Shown: positions 46,538-57,525, numbered from the stretch's first letter. The stretch is DNA of 64,000 nucleotides from Candidatus Magasanikiibacteriota bacterium (GCA_046590235.1 JBKJTY010000035.1:14722-78721); one strand, 5' to 3'. A program made the numbers and translations. The notes: generated by a model not told the origin, from the letters alone.

Positions 46538-47491
46538 ATGGAAAAACAAGCAAAAATTTACGTCGCTGGTCATAAGGGGTTGGTTGGTTCAGCAATTAAA
46601 CGTGCGTTGGAACGCGAGGGTTATACCTCGATAATTGTGAGAACGCATCAAGAATTAGATCTATTGGATCAGCATGCCGTTGAAGAATTTTTTAGCCACG
46701 AACAGCCGGTGTATGTTTTTTTAGCGGCAGCAAAAGTTGGCGGAATAGTCGCTAACATGGCTGCGCCAGCTTCGTTTATCTATGAAAATGTTCAGATTCA
46801 GAATAGCATCATACACGCTTCCTATAAGCATGGTGTTAAAAAACTATTATTCTTAGGTACTTCATGTATCTATCCGCGCGTATGTCCGCAACCAATGAAA
46901 GAAGAGTATCTATTAACAGGTCCTCTTGAGCCGACTAACGAAGCATACGCATTAGCCAAAATTACAGGCATTAAAATGTGCCAGTATTATGACGTGCAGT
47001 ACCAGACAGACTTTGTTGCCGTCATGCCACCTAATATCTACGGCTACAATGATACCTTCGATTTACAGCGCTCTCATGTCATTCCAGCGTTGATCCGTCG
47101 TTTCCATGAAGCCAAGGTCGCAAATAGCCCAACAGTGACCCTGTGGGGAACGGGTACTGCCCGCCGAGAATTCTTATTTGCCGATGATGTGGCAGAAGCC
47201 TGTTTGTTTTTTATGGATAACTTTAAGCCGTCTGAGGAGCAGGTTAAAAAAGGTGAGATATTCATGAATGTAGCGGCTGGAACGGACCAAACCATCGCCG
47301 AGCTTGCCAAAGTGGTCGCGTCAGCGGTAGGGTATACGGGCACGATTGCCTGGGATACTACCAAGCCTGATGGTATGCCTCAAAAGCTGCTTGATACCAC
47401 TAAAATGACAACTCTGGGTTGGCGGCAAAAAACGAGCTTAGAAAAGGGTGTCGCCCTGACATATCAATGGTATTTAGAAAATCAGCCTTAA
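46538..47491 (+). CDS. fcl: GDP-L-fucose/GDP-L-colitose synthase (Fcl/ColC)
   Basis: AGHKGLVGSA, AAAKVGGI, SCIYP, LEPTNEAYALAK, SHVIPAL. Confidence 0.9.
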   Translation: MEKQAKIYVAGHKGLVGSAIKRALEREGYTSIIVRTHQELDLLDQHAVEEFFSHEQPVYVFLAAAKVGGIVANMAAPASFIYENVQIQNSIIHASYKHGVKKLLFLGTSCIYPRVCPQPMKEEYLLTGPLEPTNEAYALAKITGIKMCQYYDVQYQTDFVAVMPPNIYGYNDTFDLQRSHVIPALIRRFHEAKVANSPTVTLWGTGTARREFLFADDVAEACLFFMDNFKPSEEQVKKGEIFMNVAAGTDQTIAELAKVVASAVGYTGTIAWDTTKPDGMPQKLLDTTKMTTLGWRQKTSLEKGVALTYQWYLENQP

Positions 47492-47498
47492 GACTACT

Positions 47499-48314
47499 AT
47501 GGAAACCATAATTCGACCAAGAAAAAAAATTACGCTACGGGATTTTACTGAGTTAGTTCAGTATCGTGAATTATTGTATTTTTTCACCTGGCGTGATGTT
47601 AAAGTCAGGTATAAACAAACCATGCTTGGTGTAATGTGGGCTATTTTTCAACCCGTCATCACCATGGTAGTGTTTACCATCTTCTTTGGTAAATTAGCAA
47701 AAATTCCTTCAGATAATATCCCTTATCCAATTTTTGTGTATGTCGGCTTGCTTATTTGGCAATTTTTCTCCACATCACTCAATGAAACAAGTGATTGTCT
47801 GGTACAAAATAAAGCCATTATTACCAAAGTCTACTTTCCACGCTTATTGTTGCCATTTTCTTCAGTCATTACAAAGTTTGTAGATTTTTTCATCGCTTCG
47901 TTAGTCTTAATCGTATTAATGGCTTACTATCATTACTTACCTAATATTTTAGGATTATTTATCTTGCCACTCCTATTGTTTATCTCATTTTTAGCAGCAT
48001 CCGGCGCAGGTTTACTCTTGGCTTCAATCAATGTAAAATACCGCGATGTCAGATATATTTTGCCTTTCTTTATTCAGCTATTACTCTTCATGACTCCTGT
48101 CATTTACCCAGCGAGTATAGCGGGTAAATATTCGTGGATATTGGCGCTTAACCCTATGACTGGTGTAATTAAGGCGGCACATGCGGCTATTTTGGGCAAC
48201 GCACCTATAAATTGGGTGTTGCTTGGTATTTCAGGCATAATTTCAGCTATCCTGTTTGTGGTAGGAATACTCTACTTTAAAAAGACCGAACGTTACTTTG
48301 CAGATATCGTATAA
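47499..48314 (+). CDS. wzm: Polysaccharide ABC transporter permease
   Basis: RDVKVRYKQTMLG, KVYFPR, YRDV, TPVIYP, NPM. Confidence 0.93.
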   Translation: METIIRPRKKITLRDFTELVQYRELLYFFTWRDVKVRYKQTMLGVMWAIFQPVITMVVFTIFFGKLAKIPSDNIPYPIFVYVGLLIWQFFSTSLNETSDCLVQNKAIITKVYFPRLLLPFSSVITKFVDFFIASLVLIVLMAYYHYLPNILGLFILPLLLFISFLAASGAGLLLASINVKYRDVRYILPFFIQLLLFMTPVIYPASIAGKYSWILALNPMTGVIKAAHAAILGNAPINWVLLGISGIISAILFVVGILYFKKTERYFADIV

Positions 48315-48318
48315 ACCT

Positions 48319-49611
48319 ATGGAACCAATTATTAGTGTCAAAAGTGTCAGTAAGCGGTACGATATTACCCATGCTAATGGGAAGTATGTTACCTTGCGCG
48401 ATGTAATGACTAACATACTCAAAAGTCCGTTTAGTTTTCTTAAAAGCAAGGCAAAAAAAGCCTTTCATGGTGAGAATAAAGAAATTTTTTGGGCATTAAA
48501 GGATGTAAATTTTGATATTAAACGTGGTGAAGTCGTTGGTATTATTGGCCGTAATGGTGCTGGTAAATCAACCTTACTTAAAATTCTTTCGCAAATTACA
48601 CCGCCAACCGGTGGTGAAATTACGTTGCGAGGTCGGGTTGGTTCATTGCTTGAAGTCGGAACTGGATTTCACCCTGAATTATCAGGTCGAGAAAACATTT
48701 TGTTAAACGGGGCGATTTTGGGCATGAAGAAAAAAGAAATAATTGCTAAGTTTGATGAAATAGTTGCATTTGCGGGCATTGAAAAATTTTTAGATACTCC
48801 AGTTAAATATTATTCATCTGGCATGTATGTTCGGCTGGCTTTCTCTGTTGCCGCACACATGGAGCCGGATATTTTAATTATTGACGAAGTGCTAGCAGTG
48901 GGAGACGTTGAATTTCAAAAGAAATGTCTCGGAAAAATGAACGAAGTTTCAAAACAAGATGGGCGCACTGTCTTGTTCGTTAGTCATAACATGAATGCTA
49001 TCGAGGATTTATGTTCTCGGGTTTTATACTTCGATAAAGGGGTTCTTATTAAAGATAGTACTAATGTACGCGAGGTTGTAAGTGAGTATATTCGTGGTCA
49101 AGAAGACGGTAATATTGTCACCGAATGGGTTAATAATGGTAAAGAGTATCGTAATCCATATTTCATTCCAGAACGTATTGCTATCGTTGATGAACGCGGC
49201 GATAAAATGGTCATGCCAAAACGGAACGACGCTGAATGCTGGATTCAAATCGAAGGAACAGTTACAAGTCTTAACAAATCTCTGACAATAGGTTACGCAA
49301 TTTTTAGTGAAGAGGGGAATTTGCTCTATTGGTCATTTCATACCGATGCTGAAGAAAATAAGTGGCCCCAATTAAAAATGGGAAAAAATGTGTTGCGAAG
49401 TAAGTTTCCAACTCGGTTATTGAACGAAGGTCTTTATCGTATCGAATTCATAAGCAGCCTACATTTTATCCAGTGGCTAACCGAGCCTGGTGTAAACGCG
49501 CCGGCAGTGTATCTGACTATACAGGGTGGCTTAAGTAATTCACCATATTGGATGATCAAGCGAGCGGGTTTGTTAGCTCCGGTTAACGAATGGTCATCAT
49601 TGAATCAATAA
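48319..49611 (+). CDS. wzt: Polysaccharide ABC transporter ATPase with C-terminal Wzt_C domain
   Basis: GRNGAGKST, YSSGM, IDEVLAVGD, VSH; long C-terminal extension. Confidence 0.93.
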   Translation: MEPIISVKSVSKRYDITHANGKYVTLRDVMTNILKSPFSFLKSKAKKAFHGENKEIFWALKDVNFDIKRGEVVGIIGRNGAGKSTLLKILSQITPPTGGEITLRGRVGSLLEVGTGFHPELSGRENILLNGAILGMKKKEIIAKFDEIVAFAGIEKFLDTPVKYYSSGMYVRLAFSVAAHMEPDILIIDEVLAVGDVEFQKKCLGKMNEVSKQDGRTVLFVSHNMNAIEDLCSRVLYFDKGVLIKDSTNVREVVSEYIRGQEDGNIVTEWVNNGKEYRNPYFIPERIAIVDERGDKMVMPKRNDAECWIQIEGTVTSLNKSLTIGYAIFSEEGNLLYWSFHTDAEENKWPQLKMGKNVLRSKFPTRLLNEGLYRIEFISSLHFIQWLTEPGVNAPAVYLTIQGGLSNSPYWMIKRAGLLAPVNEWSSLNQ

Positions 49612-49625
49612 CTATAAAGAAGGAT

Positions 49626-50507
49626 ATGGTTATAATGCAGTTACTCGGTGGTTTAGGAAATCAGATGTTTCAGTATGCGGCAGGAAAAGCACTGGCAACC
49701 CATCATAAAACAGAATTTAAAATTGATACGAGCGGATTTAAAGAGTACGCCTTGCATGATTATGTACTGGATCATTTTATGATAACAGCGGGGGAAGTTA
49801 GTGAGAGTGAGTTACCCTCTGTTAAAGAACGTGCACTGCCCACATCCCGAATATGGCGAAAGTTATATCCGTATGTGCAAGCTTTACGGCCATACCATTC
49901 AAGACGCATTTTTGACGAACCATATTATCACTTTAATAAGCGTTTTTTAAAGCTACCGCCAAATGTTTATATCCGTGGTTATTTTCAAAGTGAACGTTAT
50001 TTTAAAGATATTGAAGATATTATCCGCAAAGAATTTGTAGTAAAACAAGAATATGGCCAGCTGGATCAGTTTTTGGCTGAAAAGCTAAAAACGCATGATG
50101 TAATTTCAGTTCACTTTAGACGCGGTGATTATGTTACCAATAAAGGTATAAACAAATTGTATGGTACGCCGTCATTTGAGTACTATGAAAAATCCATCCA
50201 GCAAATTGCCGCACGCTGCAAAAATCCGTATCTATTTATTTTCTCAAACGACAGCGCGTGGGTTAAAGAAAACTTTACCACACAAGTTCCAAAAACATTT
50301 ATTAGTGATTTCTCAATGAGTAATTTTCAAGAGCTCACTTTAATGTCAAAGTGTCACCACAACGTCATTGCTAATAGTAGTTTTAGTTGGTGGGGTGCGT
50401 GGCTTAATCAAAATCCGTCAAAAATAGTTCACGCGCCATCTCGATGGTTTGTAACTAAAAGGTGGAATACGAAAGATGTTATTCCAAAAAATTGGACGCA
50501 AGTATGA
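49626..50507 (+). CDS. GT11 alpha-1,2-fucosyl/colitosyltransferase
   Basis: GGLGNQMFQY, GYFQSE, HFRRGDY, IANSSFSWWGAWL. Confidence 0.92.
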   Translation: MVIMQLLGGLGNQMFQYAAGKALATHHKTEFKIDTSGFKEYALHDYVLDHFMITAGEVSESELPSVKERALPTSRIWRKLYPYVQALRPYHSRRIFDEPYYHFNKRFLKLPPNVYIRGYFQSERYFKDIEDIIRKEFVVKQEYGQLDQFLAEKLKTHDVISVHFRRGDYVTNKGINKLYGTPSFEYYEKSIQQIAARCKNPYLFIFSNDSAWVKENFTTQVPKTFISDFSMSNFQELTLMSKCHHNVIANSSFSWWGAWLNQNPSKIVHAPSRWFVTKRWNTKDVIPKNWTQV

Positions 50508-51520
50508 GTAAAAATCCCAGAGTTTCAGTGGTAATGCCCGCATATAATGCAGAAAAGTTTATTGGCGAGGCAGTTGAAAGCATACTTAATCAAACGTATG
50601 CGGATTTTGAATTAATTATTATTGACGATGGGTCAACGGATCAAACTGCTGCTATTGTGCGTTCATTCAAAGATGATCGCATACGTCTTATGCAGAATGG
50701 GGTTAATTTAAAAATTACCAAGAGCCTTCTTCGTGGGTGGGATGCTGCAAAAGGGGAGTATATTATTCGAGCTGACAGCGATGATATTAATCTTCCAGAA
50801 AGATTTTTTGAGCAAGTGCAGTTCATGGATACACATAAAGATGTAGATATATGCGGTTCATGGCTACAATGTTTTGGTGTTTCGGATGAAATAGTGCGTT
50901 ATTTACCAGAACACAATGATATACAGCTTTATTTAATGGTTTTCTGCTGTATCGGTCACCCAACAGTAATAATGAGAAAAAAGTCGTTTGAGACACATGG
51001 TTTGGGATATGATGAGAAGCTTGTATATTGCGAAGATTATGATCTGTGGGTGCGCTCAAGAAAGCTATTGCGTTTTGCCAATATACAAAAAGTATTAGTT
51101 AAATATAGACTTTTAACATTCACAAAATCAATACAGAAAGATCTTGATAGTAAGTCAGATGAAATTCGTTTTAGGCAGATTATTGAATTATTACCTGAAT
51201 GTTCCGAGGCAGACAAAAAAACTTTTTATAGCATAATTACTTTACAATTTGAACGTAATCCAATCTTTCTTAAGGAGGCTTGCGCTTTTTTAATTCGCAT
51301 GTCAAAAGCAAATAAAGTGCAAAAGATTTACGATCAAAAAGCCCTTTACGCATTTATAATTCAAAACTGGTTGTATATCTGCAATCTCTACAGTAAATCG
51401 CAGCTGGTATCTTGGCCAAATTTTTGGAAAGCCACCGCACAAATTGCATACCTTAGTCCAAGTGTATTTATGTATAAAATTATTCACAAATTACTAAAAG
51501 TGATTAGTCATAAAACTTGA
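50504..51520 (+). CDS. GT2 glycosyltransferase
   Basis: SVVMPAYN, DDGSTD, DSDD, HPT, EDYDLW. Confidence 0.9.
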   Translation: MSKNPRVSVVMPAYNAEKFIGEAVESILNQTYADFELIIIDDGSTDQTAAIVRSFKDDRIRLMQNGVNLKITKSLLRGWDAAKGEYIIRADSDDINLPERFFEQVQFMDTHKDVDICGSWLQCFGVSDEIVRYLPEHNDIQLYLMVFCCIGHPTVIMRKKSFETHGLGYDEKLVYCEDYDLWVRSRKLLRFANIQKVLVKYRLLTFTKSIQKDLDSKSDEIRFRQIIELLPECSEADKKTFYSIITLQFERNPIFLKEACAFLIRMSKANKVQKIYDQKALYAFIIQNWLYICNLYSKSQLVSWPNFWKATAQIAYLSPSVFMYKIIHKLLKVISHKT

Positions 51521-51532
51521 TCGTAGAATAAT

Positions 51533-52309
51533 ATGGCAATTACTGCTCACTGCTTAGTTAAAAATGAAGAAAAGTTTATTACATACGCCGTACGATCGGT
51601 GATCGATTTTATTGACCAGATACTGATCTTTGATACAGGATCTTCAGATACTACTGTTGCAAAAATTGAGGCTTTAATGAAAGAATACCCTTCAAAAATA
51701 TATTTTGAAGAAAAGGGTATATGTGATAAAAAACGTCATACAGAGCTTCGCCAGGAAATGGTTGAAAAAACGACAACTGACTGGTTTATGGTTTTAGACG
51801 GTGATGAAGTATGGACTAGGAGAGCGATTGCCGAAGCGGCAGAATTAACAAAGCGAACTGACATAGATTGTCTTATTGCACCTTTTTATCTTGCTGTGGG
51901 TGATATCTACCATTATTCTTGGCGTGGACAATTTACAATAAATGATAAAAAAATCCATGCCACTGCGCGTTTTTTCAAAAAACATACGGGAATACGCTGG
52001 AAGGGTCAGTATGGGGAAGATTGCCTATTTATTAATGGAAAAAACTGTATTGATATAAGTAGAAAACAAATTTTACAGCATAAATTCTGGCACCTAACGC
52101 ATTTAGAGCGTTCATCGATTGGTAGCGATTATTCCTCAGGACAGTCGCGAGATTTAAAAAGAGTCCCGACGTACTTCTTGCTTGGAAAAAAGATTACCGA
52201 ACCAGTTCCGGAAGTTTTTGAAGGTCAACCCAAGCTTGGCTCTGCACGTTCATTTATACTATTTTTGGGTCACTGCGTAAGAAAGATGCAGCAAAAATTA
52301 TATTATTAA
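51533..52309 (+). CDS. GT2 glycosyltransferase
   Basis: VKNEE, DTGSSD, LDGDE. Confidence 0.85.
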   Translation: MAITAHCLVKNEEKFITYAVRSVIDFIDQILIFDTGSSDTTVAKIEALMKEYPSKIYFEEKGICDKKRHTELRQEMVEKTTTDWFMVLDGDEVWTRRAIAEAAELTKRTDIDCLIAPFYLAVGDIYHYSWRGQFTINDKKIHATARFFKKHTGIRWKGQYGEDCLFINGKNCIDISRKQILQHKFWHLTHLERSSIGSDYSSGQSRDLKRVPTYFLLGKKITEPVPEVFEGQPKLGSARSFILFLGHCVRKMQQKLYY

Positions 52310-52319
52310 CTTAAAGTTT

Positions 52320-53294
52320 ATGACTATTCTAGTTACAGGTGGAGCAGGATTTATTGGGTCGCATTTTGTGCAGCTTATTTCAGCCCAGCCAAACACAAAA
52401 GTTATTGTAGTAGATAACTACTATCAAGGTAAAGAAAATATTTTAAAAAGAGACAATGTAACCTATCACGAAGTTGATATCTGTAACCTTGAAAAATTAC
52501 AGGCTGTGTTCAAAGAATCTCCTGTTGACGCTGTGGTTCATTTTGCCGCCATAGCAAACGTGCCAGACTCTATTGCTCGACCTGCTGGTTATTATCAAGC
52601 TAATATCATCGGCGGATGGAATCTTTTAGCTTGCATGTTAGAAAATGGAGTTAAAAAAATAATATTTTCGTCTTCAGCCGCAGTCTATGGTGAGCCGCTC
52701 AGCGATTTGATTAAAGAGGACCATCAGAAAAAGCCAATCAATCCATATGGGTATACCAAATTAGCTTTCGAAATAATGCTTAAAGATTATCATACAGCAT
52801 ACGGTATTAATTCCGTATCTTTCCGTTATTTCTGTGCGGCAGGCCGTGAAGAAACTGGAGAAATTAATGAGCATCATATTCCAGAAACACATGTTATACC
52901 AATGTTGCTTGAAACAGTCACAGGCAAACGAAAAGAATTTTGTGTGTACGGCAATGATTTTCCTACTCCAGACGGCACCGGAATTCGTGATTATATCCAT
53001 GTGAGTGATTTGGCTGAAGCGCACGCATCAGCTCTTGATGTTCTTATGAAAGGTAATTCTGTGTGCACAGCATATAACTTGGGTACGAACCGCGGCTGTT
53101 CAGTTATGGAGCTTATCACCGCAGTTGAAAAAGCGAGTGGGAAAAAGGTTCCGTACGCAGTAAAACCTCGACGGCCAGGGGATGCGTCAGTTTTGGTAGC
53201 TGATGCTACAGCTGCGCGCCGCGATCTTGGATGGCTCCCTAAGTATATTTCCATAGATTCAATTATTGAATCAGTGTATAAATTTTACCGGTAA
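52320..53294 (+). CDS. galE: UDP-glucose 4-epimerase
   Basis: GGAGFIGSH, SSSAAVYG, NPYGYTK, TPDGTGIRDYIHV, RRPGD. Confidence 0.92.
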   Translation: MTILVTGGAGFIGSHFVQLISAQPNTKVIVVDNYYQGKENILKRDNVTYHEVDICNLEKLQAVFKESPVDAVVHFAAIANVPDSIARPAGYYQANIIGGWNLLACMLENGVKKIIFSSSAAVYGEPLSDLIKEDHQKKPINPYGYTKLAFEIMLKDYHTAYGINSVSFRYFCAAGREETGEINEHHIPETHVIPMLLETVTGKRKEFCVYGNDFPTPDGTGIRDYIHVSDLAEAHASALDVLMKGNSVCTAYNLGTNRGCSVMELITAVEKASGKKVPYAVKPRRPGDASVLVADATAARRDLGWLPKYISIDSIIESVYKFYR

Positions 53295-53296
53295 CT

Positions 53297-54025
53297 ATGA
53301 AAGCACTTATTTTAGCTGCTGGTCTAGGCACGCGTTTACGTCCTCTGACTGATACAATTCCTAAGCCCCTGGTTAAAATAGGTGGGCGCCCGTTGCTCGC
53401 TTACCATTTTGATTCTTTGCGGAAACATGGAGTTAATGAAGTTTTGATTAATACTCATTATCTATCAGAGCAAATCAACCATTTTGTTAAAGAGTACTGC
53501 GCTGAACACAGTGATTTCCAAGTAAGTCTTACATTTGAACCTGAACTCATCGGTAGTGCTGGCACATTACGTGCAAATGAAGGATTTTTTAGTAATTGCG
53601 AGGATTTCTTTGTTGTTTATAGCGATAATTTAACCAACATTAACTACAGCCAATTATTGTTAGAGCATAGGTTAAAGAAAGGTATTGCCACAATTGCAAG
53701 CTACTTTGAACCAAATCCAAGTTCTAAGGGAATTATTATTTTTGATAAGAATAATCGAATTGAGCAATTTATTGAAAAACCTCGACCAGAACAAATTGTT
53801 AGTAATATTGCAAACGGTGGTATTTATGTGTATAATAAAGCGATTTTATCATACGTACGGGGCCTAAAGAAGGATCCTGTAGACATAGGTAAAGATCTTT
53901 TTCCGGCTTTGGTGGCTGCTGGAGAAAATATGTACATATATCCAATGAAAGAATTCTTACTTGATATTGGAACTATGGAAGGTTACGATAAAGCAAATAA
54001 CATAATAAATACATTGGAATTTTAA
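53297..54025 (+). CDS. Sugar-1-phosphate nucleotidyltransferase (HddC-like)
   Basis: LAAGLGTRLRPLT...PKPL, FIEKP, DIGT; clustered with hddA/gmhA/gmhB. Confidence 0.8.
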   Translation: MKALILAAGLGTRLRPLTDTIPKPLVKIGGRPLLAYHFDSLRKHGVNEVLINTHYLSEQINHFVKEYCAEHSDFQVSLTFEPELIGSAGTLRANEGFFSNCEDFFVVYSDNLTNINYSQLLLEHRLKKGIATIASYFEPNPSSKGIIIFDKNNRIEQFIEKPRPEQIVSNIANGGIYVYNKAILSYVRGLKKDPVDIGKDLFPALVAAGENMYIYPMKEFLLDIGTMEGYDKANNIINTLEF

Positions 54026-54027
54026 AT

Positions 54028-54792
54028 ATGGAAAATAGTACAAATATTTTTGGCGGTGAACGATTAGATTCAAAAAGTGGTTTATCAAAAAATAACCTCA
54101 CGGAGCATTTAGCGCGCTATGGGCAAGTGCCGGGAAATACAGAAGCTATTATTTTAGATATTGGCTGTGGTAGCGGACACGGCAGCTCACTTTTGGCAAA
54201 AAAGTTTAAAAAAGTTTATGGTGTAGATGTTGCGGAGGACGCAATTGCTTACGCAAAAAAGAATTGGGCTACCTTGAATGCTGAGTTTATGGTAGGTTCT
54301 GGCACAGCTATTCCCTTTGCCGATAAAACATTTGATGCGGTAGCTGCTTTTGAAGTTTTTGAGCATATTGAAAAATGGGGATTATTCTTACAAGAAATAA
54401 AACGCGTTTTAAAACCGGGCGGCAAGCTCTACATGTCAACCCCAAATAAAGATATTTATTCGCCGGGCACAAAAAAGCCGATCAATCCACACCACTTTTT
54501 TGAAATGACTATTCCTGAGTTCAAGAATGCATTATCAAACTATTTTGTAATTGAGAAGTTTTGCGGCCAACGCACACCGATTTATAACGACCATTTTGTG
54601 TGGAAGATAGCTAACCCGCTCTTTAAGCTTTTTAAGCCAATTATTGGGTATAAAGCTATTAATACCTGTAAATTAAAAATTATCAATTGGATTAAACCAG
54701 ATCTTGAATTGAGTGATATTGTATTTTCAACTGATGAGGCCTTTTTGAAAAAATCTCGATTTATGCTCGCGCATTGCGTCAACTCATTGTAA
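54028..54792 (+). CDS. Class I SAM-dependent methyltransferase
   Basis: EHLARY, LDIGCGSG, FEVFEH, STPN, NPHH. Confidence 0.85.
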   Translation: MENSTNIFGGERLDSKSGLSKNNLTEHLARYGQVPGNTEAIILDIGCGSGHGSSLLAKKFKKVYGVDVAEDAIAYAKKNWATLNAEFMVGSGTAIPFADKTFDAVAAFEVFEHIEKWGLFLQEIKRVLKPGGKLYMSTPNKDIYSPGTKKPINPHHFFEMTIPEFKNALSNYFVIEKFCGQRTPIYNDHFVWKIANPLFKLFKPIIGYKAINTCKLKIINWIKPDLELSDIVFSTDEAFLKKSRFMLAHCVNSL

Positions 54793-54803
54793 AAGCATTT
54801 ATT

Positions 54804-56126
54804 ATGGGCGAAAAGGTAAAATTGCTCGAACTAGTAAGTTCATTGGGGTATGCCGGCACACAACGTGCCATGTTAACTTTTTGCAGGAATATCAATAAAA
54901 ACTTTTTTGAAGCTTTTGTTGGTGCGTATGATGCCGGCGGACCTCGTGAAAATGATATTAAAGAGATGGGCCTCAAATACGTAGTTGCAAACAAAGACAT
55001 CACTGCATTGCTTCGTTTTATAGAAGAAAACACCATTGACATAGTTCATTTCCATCGTTCCGGTCACCATATCCCATTTGAGTATGAAATCATTAAAGGT
55101 ATAAAAAATTTAAACAAAAACATTATTATTATTGAAACAAATGTTTTTGGAAAATTTGATACCCTCGCATTCCCGCTAATCGATTGTAGTATAGAGGTTA
55201 GTAAAATGATGATGAACGAGCGGTATGTAAAGCTCGCGGGTGCATTTGATCCGGGACGCATGCTGGTATTATACAGTCCTGTCGATGTGAACACATTTCT
55301 AAAAAATAAACCTACTGAGGAAGAAGTGTTAGTTTACAAAAATAAAAATGGCATCAAAAAGGATGAATTCGTTATTGGCCGATTGGGGAGGCCAGATGTT
55401 TCAAAATGGTCTGATCTACTCATCAATATGATGCCGCACCTTGTGAAATTAGTGCCAAACGTAAAATGTATCTTGCAAGCAGCGCCAACATCACGGATTA
55501 AAAGGATTAAGAAAAGTCGTTGGGCAAAGTATTTTGTCTTCCTGGAGCCGTCCACAGATGATAAACAAATTGGATTATTCTATAGCGCACTCGATGTTTA
55601 TACACATTCATCAAAAATTGGTGAGTCTTTTGGGTTAACAATGGCTGAAGCCGCACTTTTTGATAAGCCGGTGGTGGTTAACTCAACTCCTAACCGAGAT
55701 AATAATCAATTGGAGTTAGTTGATCATATGCAAACGGGCATTATCGCAAATGAGCCACAAACATTTGCCCGCGCACTTGCGTATTTGTATCAGAATTCCG
55801 AAGAGCGAGAGCGAATGGGAAAAAAAGGTCACGAAAAAATTGTGCGTGAGTGTGATGGAAGGCTTGTTACAAGTATGCTCGAAAAGATATGTATAGAAAA
55901 AATGTTGGAAAAAAGTTTGCCTGTTGAGCCTCTTGCCGCTAAACACTATCGCTTAGTACAACACTATCCTTCAACAGAAGACGTTATAGATTACCGTGTA
56001 GAATATCAAAAAAGATTGCTTAATAATTTTACCAAGTTAACGGCCGTTGAAAAAGCTGTTAATTTGTTAAATAAACCAAAAGATTATTTTTACAAACTAT
56101 CAGATTTCATAGAAAATAAATTTTAA
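54804..56126 (+). CDS. GT4 glycosyltransferase
   Basis: ESFGLTMAEA (EX7E motif). Confidence 0.85.
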   Translation: MGEKVKLLELVSSLGYAGTQRAMLTFCRNINKNFFEAFVGAYDAGGPRENDIKEMGLKYVVANKDITALLRFIEENTIDIVHFHRSGHHIPFEYEIIKGIKNLNKNIIIIETNVFGKFDTLAFPLIDCSIEVSKMMMNERYVKLAGAFDPGRMLVLYSPVDVNTFLKNKPTEEEVLVYKNKNGIKKDEFVIGRLGRPDVSKWSDLLINMMPHLVKLVPNVKCILQAAPTSRIKRIKKSRWAKYFVFLEPSTDDKQIGLFYSALDVYTHSSKIGESFGLTMAEAALFDKPVVVNSTPNRDNNQLELVDHMQTGIIANEPQTFARALAYLYQNSEERERMGKKGHEKIVRECDGRLVTSMLEKICIEKMLEKSLPVEPLAAKHYRLVQHYPSTEDVIDYRVEYQKRLLNNFTKLTAVEKAVNLLNKPKDYFYKLSDFIENKF

Positions 56127-56181
56127 GCTTATGTATTGAACCAAAGTTATTTACATATATGATCTTGATAACAACAAAAAA

Positions 56182-57504
56182 ATGATCGAAAAAATAAAAG
56201 TTGTTTCACTCGCTAATGACCTTGGTATGGGCGGAACAGCGCGACAAATTGTAACATTGGATAATTACATTAACAAAGACATCTTTGATCATCTTGTAAT
56301 ATCACTATCCTCAAACGATAATACACGACGTCAGAGGCTGGGCCAAGAAACCGTACGTGAAGCGGGAACGAGCGAAGAGGCAGCCAAAATAATACAAGAA
56401 TTTGGGGCCCATATTGTTTACGGTCATAGACATGGGCGCAATGAGCCTTCGCATGATGCTTTAGCACGTTTACTTACTGATCAGACGATAATCCATCAAA
56501 ATACTTTTAGTGCTTTTGATGCTGGAGATTTTGGGAAAAAGGCAGTTCAGCATGTGTTTGTAAGTCAAACAAACGTTGTAAAATATTGCCGTCAAAACCG
56601 GTTACCATTTGTTTTTAATAAATTAAAAACAGTTTTTGCTCTCGTAGATGTTAATAACTTTGAAAAAAACAAACCAACAGTTGAAGAAATAGAAAAATAT
56701 CGTAAAAAAATAGGTTTAAGGCAGGGCAGCTTTGTTGTGGGAAGAATTGCACGCCCAGTGGCGGAAAAATGGGATGATATGATGGTTCTTTTTGGAAAAA
56801 GAATTTCAGATCCGAAGCCTGATATTCAGTTTGTCGTTTATGGGGTCCCTGAAAATAAAAAAGAACTTCTGAAAGTTGTAAACAGTAATATAATAATTTG
56901 CGACCCAACCGCGTCTGATAAGGAATTGGCCTGCTTTTATTCTGTAATAGATGTTTTGGTGCACGCCAGTCCTATCGGTGAGTGTAGTTCAGCAAACATA
57001 GCTGAAGCAATGCTGTTTGGAAAACCCATCGTGGTTAGCTCAACACCATTCCCGCTTTTTACATTTGGACGCAATCACACTAAAGATAATGGTCAAATTG
57101 AGCAGATAATAAATGGAGTTAATGGTTATATAGTAAAAAATGCTGCAGCAATGGCCAAAGCTGTAATTGAACTTCAGAATAATAAGGAGGTAACAAGAGA
57201 AATAGGAGAGCGAAATCGCAAAAAAGTAATGGAAAATTATGATGCAAATATTGGTGTTAAAACGTTAGAAAAAACATTTATTGAAACACTTGCGAGTAGC
57301 GGTAAAGAATTGAGTCCTGCAATCAACAAATATGCGGCAACATTAGTCTATTTCCCTTCAGAGCAGATGATAGCACAATGGTTTGACGAGTATGATAGAC
57401 AACTTGCACATTTTTATGGCAAAGAGTACCATAATACTGCTTTTGAAGTATTAAAGTTGTTTTGGTGGAAAAATAAAAGCCGATTTAAATCTTATTTTAG
57501 GTAA
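56182..57504 (+). CDS. GT4 glycosyltransferase, paralogue of the preceding gene
   Basis: ECSSANIAEA (EX7E); shares KNKPTxEE, GRxxRP...KW and DNxQxE with the upstream GT4. Confidence 0.85.
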   Translation: MIEKIKVVSLANDLGMGGTARQIVTLDNYINKDIFDHLVISLSSNDNTRRQRLGQETVREAGTSEEAAKIIQEFGAHIVYGHRHGRNEPSHDALARLLTDQTIIHQNTFSAFDAGDFGKKAVQHVFVSQTNVVKYCRQNRLPFVFNKLKTVFALVDVNNFEKNKPTVEEIEKYRKKIGLRQGSFVVGRIARPVAEKWDDMMVLFGKRISDPKPDIQFVVYGVPENKKELLKVVNSNIIICDPTASDKELACFYSVIDVLVHASPIGECSSANIAEAMLFGKPIVVSSTPFPLFTFGRNHTKDNGQIEQIINGVNGYIVKNAAAMAKAVIELQNNKEVTREIGERNRKKVMENYDANIGVKTLEKTFIETLASSGKELSPAINKYAATLVYFPSEQMIAQWFDEYDRQLAHFYGKEYHNTAFEVLKLFWWKNKSRFKSYFR

Positions 57505-57525
57505 AAATAATATTGTATTCTAGCT

